64,000 bases of DNA from assembly GCA_963718895.1 (NCBI GenBank), contig CAVRAG010000008.1, positions 1,056,001-1,120,000 on the forward strand, given 5' to 3'. The stretch is from an uncultured Nitrososphaerota archaeon (GTDB lineage Archaea; Thermoproteota; Nitrososphaeria; Nitrososphaerales; Gagatemarchaeaceae). The position numbers and the translations under genes are program-made. The notes beneath the pieces were generated by a model, which was not told the DNA's origin, searched no databases, and was given only the letters and a program-made list of their open reading frames with translations. Numbering within the stretch: the first letter of the stretch is position 1; the number at the start of each line of letters is the position of its first letter. Below, piece by piece: positions 28,398 through 37,558 of this stretch.

Positions 28398-29152
28398 GTT
28401 ATCGCAATCGCCACCGATTTTGTCTCCGTGCCCGCCGGTCCGTCTGTGGGTGCGAGGAATATCTCCTCCGTGAGGGGGTCGACCCTGATGCTGGCGCGCC
28501 CTTCGGTCACCACGAACGCTACGAGGTAGGCGCGCACAGCGGTCTCCTCGAAGGTCGGTGCCCGTATGAACTGTCTGTAGTCCATCTCCCCGCCCGCGGA
28601 CCTTTGGACTAGCTCGCCGCGGATGGCGTTGAGTCTAGTCTCGAACTCCTCCTTCGTGAAGATGTTGAGCGCCTGCAGCTCCTCGAAGTTCATCTGCCCC
28701 GGAGCGACCGCGTAGTTGCCCAGGCCCTCCCTGAACCGCTCTGACATCGGGACCAGCTCTCGCCAGTAGGTGAACGCCCTCTCCAGGCCCCTCGCGGTAA
28801 GCTGGTCGACCTGGGCCACGGGGTGCCAGCACTTGACGAAGCTGTCCGCCAGATCCTCGCGGGTGAGGAGCCGGATCTTGAGCTCGAGCAGGAGCGGGTC
28901 GATGTAGAGCGACGACGCGCGGTGCTTGATCCACTGGTCCTGCAACCTGACGATCGCGACCAGCTGCTGCAACGCCTCCGAGTCCTTCAGCATCACGTCG
29001 ATGAGCTTCCACTCTGGGAGGTGCTTCTTGAGCATCATGAGCTTCTCCCTGATGTCGACCTCGAAGGGGTTCACGCTCGACGACTGGACCGACTTGCAGA
29101 GCTCGATCAGCCTGAGGATGTCCTCGAGCTTCTTATCTTCCCTTTCCGGCAA
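28394..29152 (-). CDS. Kleisin-like (ScpA/Nse4-like) protein
   Basis: N-terminal VNPFEVDI (ScpA-like DPWDIDI); C-terminal wHTH-like AYLVAFVVTEGRASIRVDPLTEEIFL; overlaps the SMC-like gene. Confidence 0.6.
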   Translation of the reverse strand: MPEREDKKLEDILRLIELCKSVQSSSVNPFEVDIREKLMMLKKHLPEWKLIDVMLKDSEALQQLVAIVRLQDQWIKHRASSLYIDPLLLELKIRLLTREDLADSFVKCWHPVAQVDQLTARGLERAFTYWRELVPMSERFREGLGNYAVAPGQMNFEELQALNIFTKEEFETRLNAIRGELVQRSAGGEMDYRQFIRAPTFEETAVRAYLVAFVVTEGRASIRVDPLTEEIFLAPTDGPAGTETKSVAIAIT

Positions 29153-31166
29153 ACTCCTTCACCTCAGAGGCGCCGTGCACCGACTGCACCGTTATGACGT
29201 GGGCTGACCTGTCGATCACCGTTATTATCGAAGGAGTGATGACGATGTTCTGCGAGTTGCTGTTCTGCTTCGACCCTGCGAGTATCATCTTGAATATCGC
29301 CTCCCGGTTCCTCGGATCCATGTGGATGTCGAACTCGTCCATCGCCCTCAGCGGCGAGATTATCCTGCTCTGGAGCGACAGGATGAAGGCGACGAGGGCG
29401 ACCGACCGCTCTCCTCCGCTCTGCGTGTACGGGTCGAGGACGCTGGGAGGCGCGCCCTTGTAGCCGACCAGCAGCTGGAAGCCGGTCTCCTCTATGCTGT
29501 CGCCCTCTTCGAGCCTGATGGCTCCGCTCGCCCCGACGGTCGAGAGCACCTGCTGGTACACCGGCGTTATCTCGTCGATGAGGTTCTGGATCGCCGTCCG
29601 CCAGGCCTTTTTGCGCTCCTCGAGCTCCCGCAGCATGAGTCCCTTGTTCTCCTGGAGCTGGGTGAGCTTGTCCTTCAGGCCCTCGATGTTCCCCATGTAG
29701 TCCTTGTAGATCCGCTCAGCGTCCTCGGGGAGGTCCTGGAGCTTCTGGATCTGGGCGGAGACGAGCTTCAGCTCCTCAGAGACCTCGTAGGGCTGCCTCT
29801 CGGTGACTATCCTCTCGCCTGCCCTCTCCAGCTCGGGTCTCAGCGCCCCCAGCTCCCCCACTACCTCCTTCTCGGAGCGCTCCAGCTCCCTGATCTCTGA
29901 CTCGGTGATCTTTATCCGGTACGCGAGCACCTCGAACCTGACTCGCTGCGAGATGTACTCGTCGGTCGTCTTTCTGATGAGGTCCTCCACCCCGCCCAGC
30001 TCGGCCTGCAGCGAGGCGACCTCCCGGTCCAGCTCTAACTTCTTTCGTCCTGCCTCCTCCGAGGCGGTCTTCGAGCTCTGTGAGGAGAAGTCCAGGAACT
30101 CCTCGAAACGCTTCAGCTTCTTCTGGTCCGCACCTGACCTGAGATCGCGGAGGTCTTCCCTGATCATCTCGAGCTCGGTCCTGAGCTTCTCCATCGCGCC
30201 GCGGGCGCCCTCGTCTCCGGCCCGCTCTCTCTCCGCGCGGACCACAGCACCGTAGAGCTTCCCGAGCTCGACCTGCCTGTCAAGAAGGGCTCGGTGCAGC
30301 GCCTCGGACTCCACCCCAGACTTCTGCTGCTGGTCGGAGACGTCATCGAGGCTCTCCCTCTTCATCGCGAGCTTCTCGCGGACGGACTGGATGGACTTGG
30401 AGAGCTTTCCCTCCTGGGCCCAGAGCAGCTCCCTCCCGAGAAGCGCACGGTGGTCCACCAGCTTCTTCTTCTCCAGGTAGCGGTCGTAGATCTGCTTCCA
30501 GTACTCGATTGTCTGGTTGGCGTTCTCCATCAACTGGATCAGCGAGCCCTCCTCGCTTATCATGCTCTTCAGGTCGCTCTCCGACTGGAAGATCCTCTCG
30601 CGATACTCGCGGAACCCGACGGCCTCCTCTACCATCGTGAGCCGCTGCTGGGTGGAGATCGCGCCGAGCTCCTCGATCATGCCCTGGTGCATGATGATCA
30701 GGAGGTTGTCGGGGTTGATCCCGAACTCGCTGAGGAGCCTCACGACCTCGCTCTTGTCTATCTCCTTGTAGTCCGCCTCATACCAGTACGAGCCGTCCTT
30801 CCTGAGGTAGCGCGATAGCATGAAAGTGTCGGACTTGGAGTAGGGGATGGGCCTCTTTCCCTTGGTCTCCCTGTTGTCGAAGATCAGCGAGACCCTCGCG
30901 ATGTCCTTCCCGCGCCGTATCAGGTCGCTGAGCTTCCTCGACCTCTCCGTGTACGCCTGGCCGAAGGCTACGGAGATGGCGAGCAGGACGGACGACTTGC
31001 CCGCGCCGTTCGGCCCCACGATGAGGTTGAGGCCGCCCGTCAGAGGTATTCTTGCGTACTCGTAGCTCATGAAGTTCTCTAGGATTATCTCCTTGATCGG
31101 GGGAGAGAACGTCTTCTCCCTGGTTGATAACTCTCCAAGAGGCTTCGACAAGGGTCGGAAAGGCAA
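29133..31166 (-). CDS. Short SMC5/6-related ATPase (coalescin ClsN/Sph-like)
   Basis: LENFMS, GPNGAGKSS, INPDNLLIIMHQG, coiled coil, QSGGERS, MDEFDIHMD, QNIVITP. Confidence 0.85.
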   Translation of the reverse strand: MPFRPLSKPLGELSTREKTFSPPIKEIILENFMSYEYARIPLTGGLNLIVGPNGAGKSSVLLAISVAFGQAYTERSRKLSDLIRRGKDIARVSLIFDNRETKGKRPIPYSKSDTFMLSRYLRKDGSYWYEADYKEIDKSEVVRLLSEFGINPDNLLIIMHQGMIEELGAISTQQRLTMVEEAVGFREYRERIFQSESDLKSMISEEGSLIQLMENANQTIEYWKQIYDRYLEKKKLVDHRALLGRELLWAQEGKLSKSIQSVREKLAMKRESLDDVSDQQQKSGVESEALHRALLDRQVELGKLYGAVVRAERERAGDEGARGAMEKLRTELEMIREDLRDLRSGADQKKLKRFEEFLDFSSQSSKTASEEAGRKKLELDREVASLQAELGGVEDLIRKTTDEYISQRVRFEVLAYRIKITESEIRELERSEKEVVGELGALRPELERAGERIVTERQPYEVSEELKLVSAQIQKLQDLPEDAERIYKDYMGNIEGLKDKLTQLQENKGLMLRELEERKKAWRTAIQNLIDEITPVYQQVLSTVGASGAIRLEEGDSIEETGFQLLVGYKGAPPSVLDPYTQSGGERSVALVAFILSLQSRIISPLRAMDEFDIHMDPRNREAIFKMILAGSKQNSNSQNIVITPSIITVIDRSAHVITVQSVHGASEVKEFAGKGR

Positions 31167-31251
31167 ACCGTTTAGGTATTTTAGGCGTGCGGTGTCCGCG
31201 TGCGAAAATCTCGATTAGCTTTTACCATGGCTGTCCGTGGCTCCCAGCGTC

Positions 31252-31935
31252 TTGGTCCTAGCGGCGAAACTGTTCGTGGTCAAGGAGGAAAAGAACCTCC
31301 CCCTCCTCGCTACGAAGCTAAAGAACTTCAAGATTGAGCAGGAGATGACGGTCGAGGAGAAGAGCTTCAACCTCCTCTCGGAGATATCGGACATCAGCAT
31401 CTCCAAGGACACGCTCGAAGGGACGTTCTCCTACGACACGGTATTCATGGTCAACCAGAGAGGCGACTCCATCCCGGTGAGCAGGACGTTCCAGGCGCCG
31501 TTCACGTTCAACCTCTTCGGGGAGAACGTCTACCTCACCATCTTCGACAAGAAGAGCAGGGCCAACAACGTGGCGAACGAGATGAGCAAGGCTCTCTTCA
31601 TGAGTCTCGGCCAGATAGTGGAGGCGAGAATCCCTCCTGAGGTCCTCAAGAGGTTCCACGAGGAGAACTTCGAGAACACGAAGATACTCTTCTTCGATTC
31701 CGTGGACCTCCCCAACATCTCCAAGCTCTCGCTCTACGGTGAGGCGCTGGGCACGACGACTCTCTACAACGACTATCTCGAGCACGGCCAGATCTGGTAC
31801 GCGGTCGTGAAGTCGAAGAAGTTCGGATACGTGGTCGGGGTCACGAGGAACGCCGTCGTGACGTGCTTCAGCAGGGCAGAGATGCCCGAGTTCAAGACGT
31901 ACGTCAAGGCGGAGATTATCCCCCTCCTGAAGTGA
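31252..31935 (+). CDS. Hypothetical alpha/beta protein divergent from the SMC-like operon
   Basis: Host-like codon usage; start at TTG 31252 or GTG 31237. Confidence 0.8.
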   Translation: MVLAAKLFVVKEEKNLPLLATKLKNFKIEQEMTVEEKSFNLLSEISDISISKDTLEGTFSYDTVFMVNQRGDSIPVSRTFQAPFTFNLFGENVYLTIFDKKSRANNVANEMSKALFMSLGQIVEARIPPEVLKRFHEENFENTKILFFDSVDLPNISKLSLYGEALGTTTLYNDYLEHGQIWYAVVKSKKFGYVVGVTRNAVVTCFSRAEMPEFKTYVKAEIIPLLK

Positions 31936-32016
31936 GCCTTCCGGGAACGAGGGCGCGCTCCGTCTCCGGGCATTCAGCTAGCGTAATTAGGCTCCTCGTC
32001 CGAGCCGCGAGAGGCA

Positions 32017-32769
32017 TTGCTGAAGGTCGTTCCTGGAGAGGCCGCGCTGGTATTCTTGGAGCAGGAGGAGCGCACCCTCTTGATCTCAGACCTCCACCTC
32101 GGCCTCGAGAAGGAGATGGCCAAGAAAGGATTCAGGATAACGTCGTACTCCGCGAAGATCCTGGACAGGATAAACGCGCTAGCCGAGAGGTACAGGGCGA
32201 ACAGGATCGTGGTCTTGGGCGACGTGAAGCACTCCATCGGCAAGGTCGAGGATATCGACTGGACCGTCCTCCCGTGGTTCTTCGAGACCCTCCTCGACGT
32301 CTTCGCCTCGGTCGAGGTCGTCCCGGGCAACCACGATGGGGGGATAAGGTCGCTCATCCCCGGCAGGGTGAAGGTTCACCCCTCCGACGGCATGGTGATA
32401 GGGACGGAGGAGAAGGTCGGGGTGACCCACGGCCACTCCTGGCCCTCGAGGGAAGTGATATCCTGCGGGAAGATGGTGATGGGACACTCCCACTTCAGGT
32501 ACGAGATGAGGGACAGGTTCGGGGCGAGGAGCAAGGAGGCGGTCTGGCTCTTTGCAAAGTATGACGTCGGGAAACTGCTCAGCAAGGCGGGCTACGAGGG
32601 TGGCGCAGGGGAGGTGGGGGAGCTGATGGTCATGCCTCCCTTCAACAACCTGGTCGGAGGCCAGGCTATCAACGCGAAGGGTGGCTTCGACTTCGGGCCT
32701 GTTCTGTCTTCAGGGACCGTCGACGTGGAAGGCGCCGACATATTCCTCTTGGACGGGACGCGCGTCTGA
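32017..32769 (+). CDS. ICC-like metallophosphoesterase
   Basis: SDLHLG, LGDVKH, PGNHDG, THGH, MGHSH, MPPFN. Confidence 0.9.
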   Translation: MLKVVPGEAALVFLEQEERTLLISDLHLGLEKEMAKKGFRITSYSAKILDRINALAERYRANRIVVLGDVKHSIGKVEDIDWTVLPWFFETLLDVFASVEVVPGNHDGGIRSLIPGRVKVHPSDGMVIGTEEKVGVTHGHSWPSREVISCGKMVMGHSHFRYEMRDRFGARSKEAVWLFAKYDVGKLLSKAGYEGGAGEVGELMVMPPFNNLVGGQAINAKGGFDFGPVLSSGTVDVEGADIFLLDGTRV

Positions 32770-32771
32770 GG

Positions 32772-33185
32772 CTACCGATACGCGCCCGACCCGTTGAGCG
32801 ACTTCTGGATGAGCCGGTCGAGTGCGACCTCGCCGACCGCGCCGATGGCGGCGTCCACAGGGTGGCCGTGCTTGAAGACCATGAAGGTCGGTATCGACTG
32901 GACGTCGTATCTTGTCGCTATCTCAGACTGTTCGTCGGTGTTCAGCTTCCCGAAGACGACCTTCCCGGCGTACTTCGCGGCAAGGCGGTCCACGACCGGC
33001 TCCATCGCCCTGCAGGGCGGGCACCAGACAGCCCAGAAGTCCACGAAGACGGGCCGTCCGTCGTTCACGTACTTGTCGAAGTCGGAAGAGGTTAGCGTGA
33101 CTATCGACGCGTGTTTCGAGGAGGCTTCCAGAGTCATCCTCTTCGCCTTCTCGTTTAGAATGTTTGCAAGTTCAGGATCAGACAA
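32772..33185 (-). CDS. trxA: Thioredoxin
   Basis: DFWAVWCPPC, VQSIPT; start estimated at TTG 33185. Confidence 0.93.
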   Translation of the reverse strand: MSDPELANILNEKAKRMTLEASSKHASIVTLTSSDFDKYVNDGRPVFVDFWAVWCPPCRAMEPVVDRLAAKYAGKVVFGKLNTDEQSEIATRYDVQSIPTFMVFKHGHPVDAAIGAVGEVALDRLIQKSLNGSGAYR

Positions 33186-33239
33186 CAGGTTTATGTCGGA
33201 CTGAGCGATGTATTTTAAGATTCCCGGGTTGTAGATCGA

Positions 33240-33854
33240 TTGACACTTCCATCTGAGGCGCGAATCGACGCCAACTCTGAGGGGCTTTGGCACGAGGAGC
33301 CGGTCGAGAGAATCGCGCGCAAGACCGCGGCCGTCGCAGTGATTCTCAGGTCAAGCCGTTCCGGCCAAGAACTGCTCCTGATGAGACGGGCAGACAGGGA
33401 AGGCGACCCCTGGTCCGGACAGGTGGCGTTTCCGGGTGGAAGGGTCGAAAGGGCTGACCGAAGCTTCAGGGAGACGGCAGCCCGTGAAGCCTTCGAGGAG
33501 TTGGGCCTAGTCCTGGACACGGAGAGGGACTTCATCGGTTACATGAGCCCGTTTCATACGCACGTCGGGGAGATGCCGGTGGTTCCGGCCCTCTTCAACG
33601 TGAGCGCGCCAGCACCAATCCTGCCAAACGCGGAGGTCTCCTCGTTCCGCTGGATAGCCCTCAGGGCCATCCGAGACCCGAAGAACCGCTCGGCATATGT
33701 CTTCGAGAGCGGGGGTATAGAACGGAGCCTCCCCTCGTACTCCCTCGATGGGTATCTGGTCTGGGGTCTGACGGAGAGGATGCTCTCTGCGCTCCTGGAA
33801 TTGGGGCCGGCATCGCTCCCCGAAACGACCCCGACCCGTTCGAGAACTACTTAG
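33240..33854 (+). CDS. Nudix hydrolase, CoA-pyrophosphatase type
   Basis: DPWSGQVAFPGG...TAAREAFEELG; VWGLT. Confidence 0.88.
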   Translation: MTLPSEARIDANSEGLWHEEPVERIARKTAAVAVILRSSRSGQELLLMRRADREGDPWSGQVAFPGGRVERADRSFRETAAREAFEELGLVLDTERDFIGYMSPFHTHVGEMPVVPALFNVSAPAPILPNAEVSSFRWIALRAIRDPKNRSAYVFESGGIERSLPSYSLDGYLVWGLTERMLSALLELGPASLPETTPTRSRTT

Positions 33855-34278
33855 AGTAGGCCCTTATCTCTGCGAGCAGCGAGGGGTTTTCGCGCAGGAG
33901 CTCAACAAGCTTCTCAATCCTGTAGATCGTTATTGGTTGGACGTGGTGCTCGATTCCCTCGGTGTCCTCATAGGCGACCTTGCCCTCCACCCCGATGAGA
34001 GTGAGGAACTCCGAGAGGATTTCATGCCTCCTTATCACCGAGCGAGCCAGCTTCTCGCCCATTTCGGTGAGCAAGGTTCCCCGGTACGCTTCGTGCAGCA
34101 CGTATCCCTTCGACGCGAGCTTCCCGATCATGATCGATACCGTCGGAGGGGTGACCTCGAGCTTGTCCGAGATGTCGACAGTCGTCGCGTAGCCCTTCTC
34201 CTTGATGAGGTGATAGACTGCTTCAAGGTAGTCCTCGGAACGAGGAGTCTCATGCTTGCTCCGCGGTTGCCTCGGCAT
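33847..34278 (-). CDS. mntR: DtxR/MntR-family metal-dependent regulator
   Basis: EDYLEAVY, LEVTPPTV, RRHEILSEFL, EGIEHH; divergent from the Nramp gene. Confidence 0.9.
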   Translation of the reverse strand: MPRQPRSKHETPRSEDYLEAVYHLIKEKGYATTVDISDKLEVTPPTVSIMIGKLASKGYVLHEAYRGTLLTEMGEKLARSVIRRHEILSEFLTLIGVEGKVAYEDTEGIEHHVQPITIYRIEKLVELLRENPSLLAEIRAYSK

Positions 34279-34311
34279 CCTTTCACATGCAATCACAGGC
34301 AACTTAAAAGG

Positions 34312-34351
34312 TTTATAATTAGGCTAGTCTAAACTCTTTTGACTGGTCTAA
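34312..34351 (+). promoter_or_regulatory. TATA box followed by two DtxR-type operator boxes
   Basis: TTTATAA 34312-34318; TTAGGCTAGTCTAA 34319-34332; TTTGACTGGTCTAA 34338-34351. Confidence 0.75.
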
Positions 34352-34352
34352 G

Positions 34353-35622
34353 TTGAAGATCGCGAAGCTAGAGGCAGACCTCGATTCGCGGAAGGACCGT
34401 AGGGTGCGGTCGATCAGGCAGTTCATCGCGTACCTAGGGCCGACGCTCATCGTGAGCATGGCCTACATGGACCCGGGCAACTACGGCACGGGGATCCAGG
34501 CGGGGGCCCATCTTCAACTACGACCTGCTCTGGTCGGTCTGGGCAGCGAGCCTCTTCGCCATGGTTCTGCAGTACCTCTCCGGGAAGCTAGGTATCGCGA
34601 CGAATCACAGCCTTCCAGAGCTTCTGAGGACGTCGCTCAAGAAGCGCAGATACATAATCCCATACTGGCTGGGGGCCGAAATCGCTGCGGCCGCAACCGA
34701 CCTCGCCGAATATCTCGGGACAGTGATAGCGCTCAACATCCTGTTCGACATCCCGCTCCTCTACGCCGCCGTCTTCGGCGCGTTCGACGTCCTCATCCTG
34801 CTCGCCCTGACCTCTAGAAAGTTCAAGGTGCTCGAGCACTTCTTCCTGCTCTTCGTCTCGATAATCAGCTTCGGGTTCCTCTACGAGTCGATCGTGATCA
34901 AGCCGAACATCAACCAGAAACTTGTGCACTCGGTATCAATCAGCGTCAACCAGATGAGCGTTCTGGCGGTAGTCGGGATAATCGGCGCGACGGTGATGCC
35001 CCACGCGCTGTTCCTGCACTCCGACCTCACCAAGACGAGGGCAGAGGGCGCGACGATAGAAGAGAAGAGGGATCTGAGGAGGCTCCACCGGAACGAGGTC
35101 ATGGTCATCCTTGGTATCGCCGCGCTTGTGATCGTGGCCATCCTCGTAACGGCGGCCGCGGCCTTCTATCCGAATTACCAGAACATCTCCACCATCAAGC
35201 AGGCCTACGACATCCTCGTCCCCCTGTTCGGCAAGCTCGCTGCGGTCATCTTCGCGATAACTCTCCTCTCCTCGGGGCTCGCGTCGTCAATCACCGGGAC
35301 CCTGGCCGGCATCTCGATAATGAACGGACTTCTAGGGGTGTCGGTTAATGTCACGCTGAGGAGGATAGTGACGAGGTTCATCAATGTGTTCCCGACGACG
35401 ATAGCGATACTCCTGGGGATCAACCCACTCGCGCTGCTCGTGTACAGCCAGATCTTCCTCAGCATCCTGATTCCGCTTCCCATGATACCGCTGCTCATCT
35501 ACACGAGCAGGCGGGGGGTGATGGGAGAGTTCGTCAACCGCCACACGACGACCATCGTCGCGTCACTGGTGGCGCTTGTGATCGTAGTCCTCAACGTGTA
35601 CCTGACATTCAGTTCTGTCTAG
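34353..35622 (+). CDS. mntH: Nramp Mn/Fe transporter, one apparent +1 frameshift near 34508
   Basis: [29 protein letters not shown]; removing one C restores [10 protein letters not shown]. Confidence 0.9.
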
Positions 35623-36119
35623 AAGACAGGGACGAGCGACTGCTGCCTCTTCTGCGCCCGCGACCTCCTCACCTCGCCGCGCTCGTAGGGGAAGACGACC
35701 CAGGTGTCGACGGTCTGGAGAGAGAAATCGGGGACGAAGGCGCTCCATGGTTTCGTGAAAAGGACGGCCGTCTTTATGGCTCGCGGCTTCTCGGAGCCGA
35801 GGTACCCCGTGACGGTCTCCATCGTCTCGCCGCCGTCCACGAGATCGTCGACCACGAGCACCTTCTTCCCAGAGATGTCTTCTATGATCGTCGTGAGGAT
35901 CTTCGGCTTCGTCCGCTCCCCTACGTCGGTGTATGACTTCACGTTGAGGAAGTCTATCTTGCAGCCGAGTCTGTCCGATACAACCATGGCGACCGGGATC
36001 CCGCCCCTCGCGATCCCGACCACCAAGTCAAACTTCTCTCCGCTCGAGATCACGATGTCAGCCAGCCTGGTCACGAGTTCGCCGTACTGGGCCCAACTCA
36101 GATAACGCAGCTTCGGCAA
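35619..36119 (-). CDS. Purine phosphoribosyltransferase (type I PRTase)
   Basis: GIARGG, VLVVDDLVDGGET, WVVFPYE. Confidence 0.9.
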   Translation of the reverse strand: MPKLRYLSWAQYGELVTRLADIVISSGEKFDLVVGIARGGIPVAMVVSDRLGCKIDFLNVKSYTDVGERTKPKILTTIIEDISGKKVLVVDDLVDGGETMETVTGYLGSEKPRAIKTAVLFTKPWSAFVPDFSLQTVDTWVVFPYERGEVRRSRAQKRQQSLVPVF

Positions 36120-36153
36120 TCGACCTGCTCCTCCGCGACCCTCTAAAAAGTCT

Positions 36154-37050
36154 TCAAGCCGCGTCCGCCGGGCCGGCTGATTCTGGCTTCGGCTCAGGCG
36201 GCGCCACCAGGACCCTCCCCGGCCTGATGCGGGAGATGTAGATCCCGGCGAACATTATGACCACCCCGAGAATCTCGACCGAGGTCGGTATCTCGCCCGT
36301 AAGGAGGGCTTGGATGACGACCGAGGTGGCAGGGACGGCGAACGCCAGAGTGGTGACCCTGCCTATCGAGTCCATCCTAGCCATGGTGTTCCACAGCAGA
36401 AGCGTGATGGCGCCCCCGATCACCGAGACGTATCCGAGGTCGATGAAGAACCCGGGGGCGGGGTTCAGGTAGAATGTGAATGGAAAGAATGGTAGGAAAA
36501 GGAGACCTCCGATGAAGAACTGGGTCGCGACCGTCCGGACAGGCTCCTGGTTCTTCAGCTTCCTGTAGTACACCGTGTAGAGGCCCCAGAAGAACGCGTT
36601 GGTGACACTGAAGACCACCCCAGTCGTCGAGCCCCCTACCTCTGTCAGCGCGAGGCCGTAGGTCGCGACCCCGACGAACCCGATCAGCGCGCCAAGGGCT
36701 CCAAAACGCGTGGTACCCTCCTTCAGTATCACCACGGCGAGCGGGATCGCGAAGAGCGGCATGGTGTAGCTCAGGACCGCAGACTGCCCTGCGGAGACGT
36801 ACTGGAGACCCAGGGCCCAGAAGGCGCTGCTCAGGAACGCGAACAGCCCCAGGAAGATGGTGTCCCTGTTCAGGATAGGTCTGAAGTTTCGGGCGATTGC
36901 GAAGCATATCGTCGACGCTATGAGGTAGCGGATGCCCATGAAGACGAGTGGGTCGACATACTGGAGACCATCCTTGGCGAACTGGTACTGGAGGCTCGCC
37001 ACGAGCACGTAGGGCAGGGCGTAGGCGAACATGCTTCGAGGGGTGCTCAT
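36154..37050 (-). CDS. DMT/EamA-family transporter
   Basis: About 10 TM helices in two repeats, YVSAGQSAVLSYTMP. Confidence 0.85.
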   Translation of the reverse strand: MSTPRSMFAYALPYVLVASLQYQFAKDGLQYVDPLVFMGIRYLIASTICFAIARNFRPILNRDTIFLGLFAFLSSAFWALGLQYVSAGQSAVLSYTMPLFAIPLAVVILKEGTTRFGALGALIGFVGVATYGLALTEVGGSTTGVVFSVTNAFFWGLYTVYYRKLKNQEPVRTVATQFFIGGLLFLPFFPFTFYLNPAPGFFIDLGYVSVIGGAITLLLWNTMARMDSIGRVTTLAFAVPATSVVIQALLTGEIPTSVEILGVVIMFAGIYISRIRPGRVLVAPPEPKPESAGPADAA

Positions 37051-37117
37051 CGGGGCTGAGCCGGTGGGCATCCCACCTCGCTTCATAAGTTAGCTGAACG
37101 CAGACTGTTGTCGAGAG

Positions 37118-37207
37118 TGGGCCGGGAGTGATTTGAACACTCGACTTTGGCGGCGACTGCTTTCGCTGTGTAAGAGCGACGTCATAACCAGGCTAGACCA
37201 CCGGCCC
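37118..37207 (-). tRNA. tRNA-Val(TAC) with 15-nt intron in the variable region (about 37147-37161)
   Basis: GGGCCGG acceptor, anticodon arm TCGCT-CTTACAC-AGCGA, T arm GAGTG-TTCAAAT-CACTC; extra AGCAGTCGCCGCCAA forms a relaxed BHB. Confidence 0.9.
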
Positions 37208-37267
37208 AAGCTCGTCCCGGTTGTGACCGGTAATAAGCATTGGAAGGGTCGCGCACCGCCAAGTCCG

Positions 37268-37356
37268 GCCGCTGTTCCTCCCACTGCAGGGCGGGCACGC
37301 GGATGGCATCATAGGCGGTCCGAATCCGCATGAGGCAGGCGCAGGGAGGAACCGGG
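37268..37356 (-). ncRNA. Candidate H/ACA-like hairpin RNA
   Basis: Basal stem, symmetric 8+8 internal loop, 9-bp upper stem, ACA at 3' base; TATTTAAG about 25 nt upstream. Confidence 0.5.
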
Positions 37357-37558
37357 TCCGCGGGAAGCGCCACAAAAACTTAAATATAATTCGCGGGGCC
37401 GACTATCTCGAGTGGCGCGAATGAGAGGGGATCGACTTCATGGGAGCTGGTTCGGTTCATCAGTCGCGTTGACATGCATCTGAATATCAGAAGATTACCC
37501 TCCGGTATTTTCACCGTTACACGTCTTGCGCGTATGTCAACTACGAGAGGTGTAGGAT

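Noticed and set aside
27843-31166. Wadjet (JetABCD) call for the SMC-like operon
   Set aside because: No JetD/TOPRIM nuclease in the operon, the ATPase is too short, and the motifs are Smc5/6-like.
19499-32769. Lhr and metallophosphoesterase separated by 10 kb as evidence of an inserted element
   Set aside because: Intervening genes have host-like composition and I see no att sites or mobility genes.
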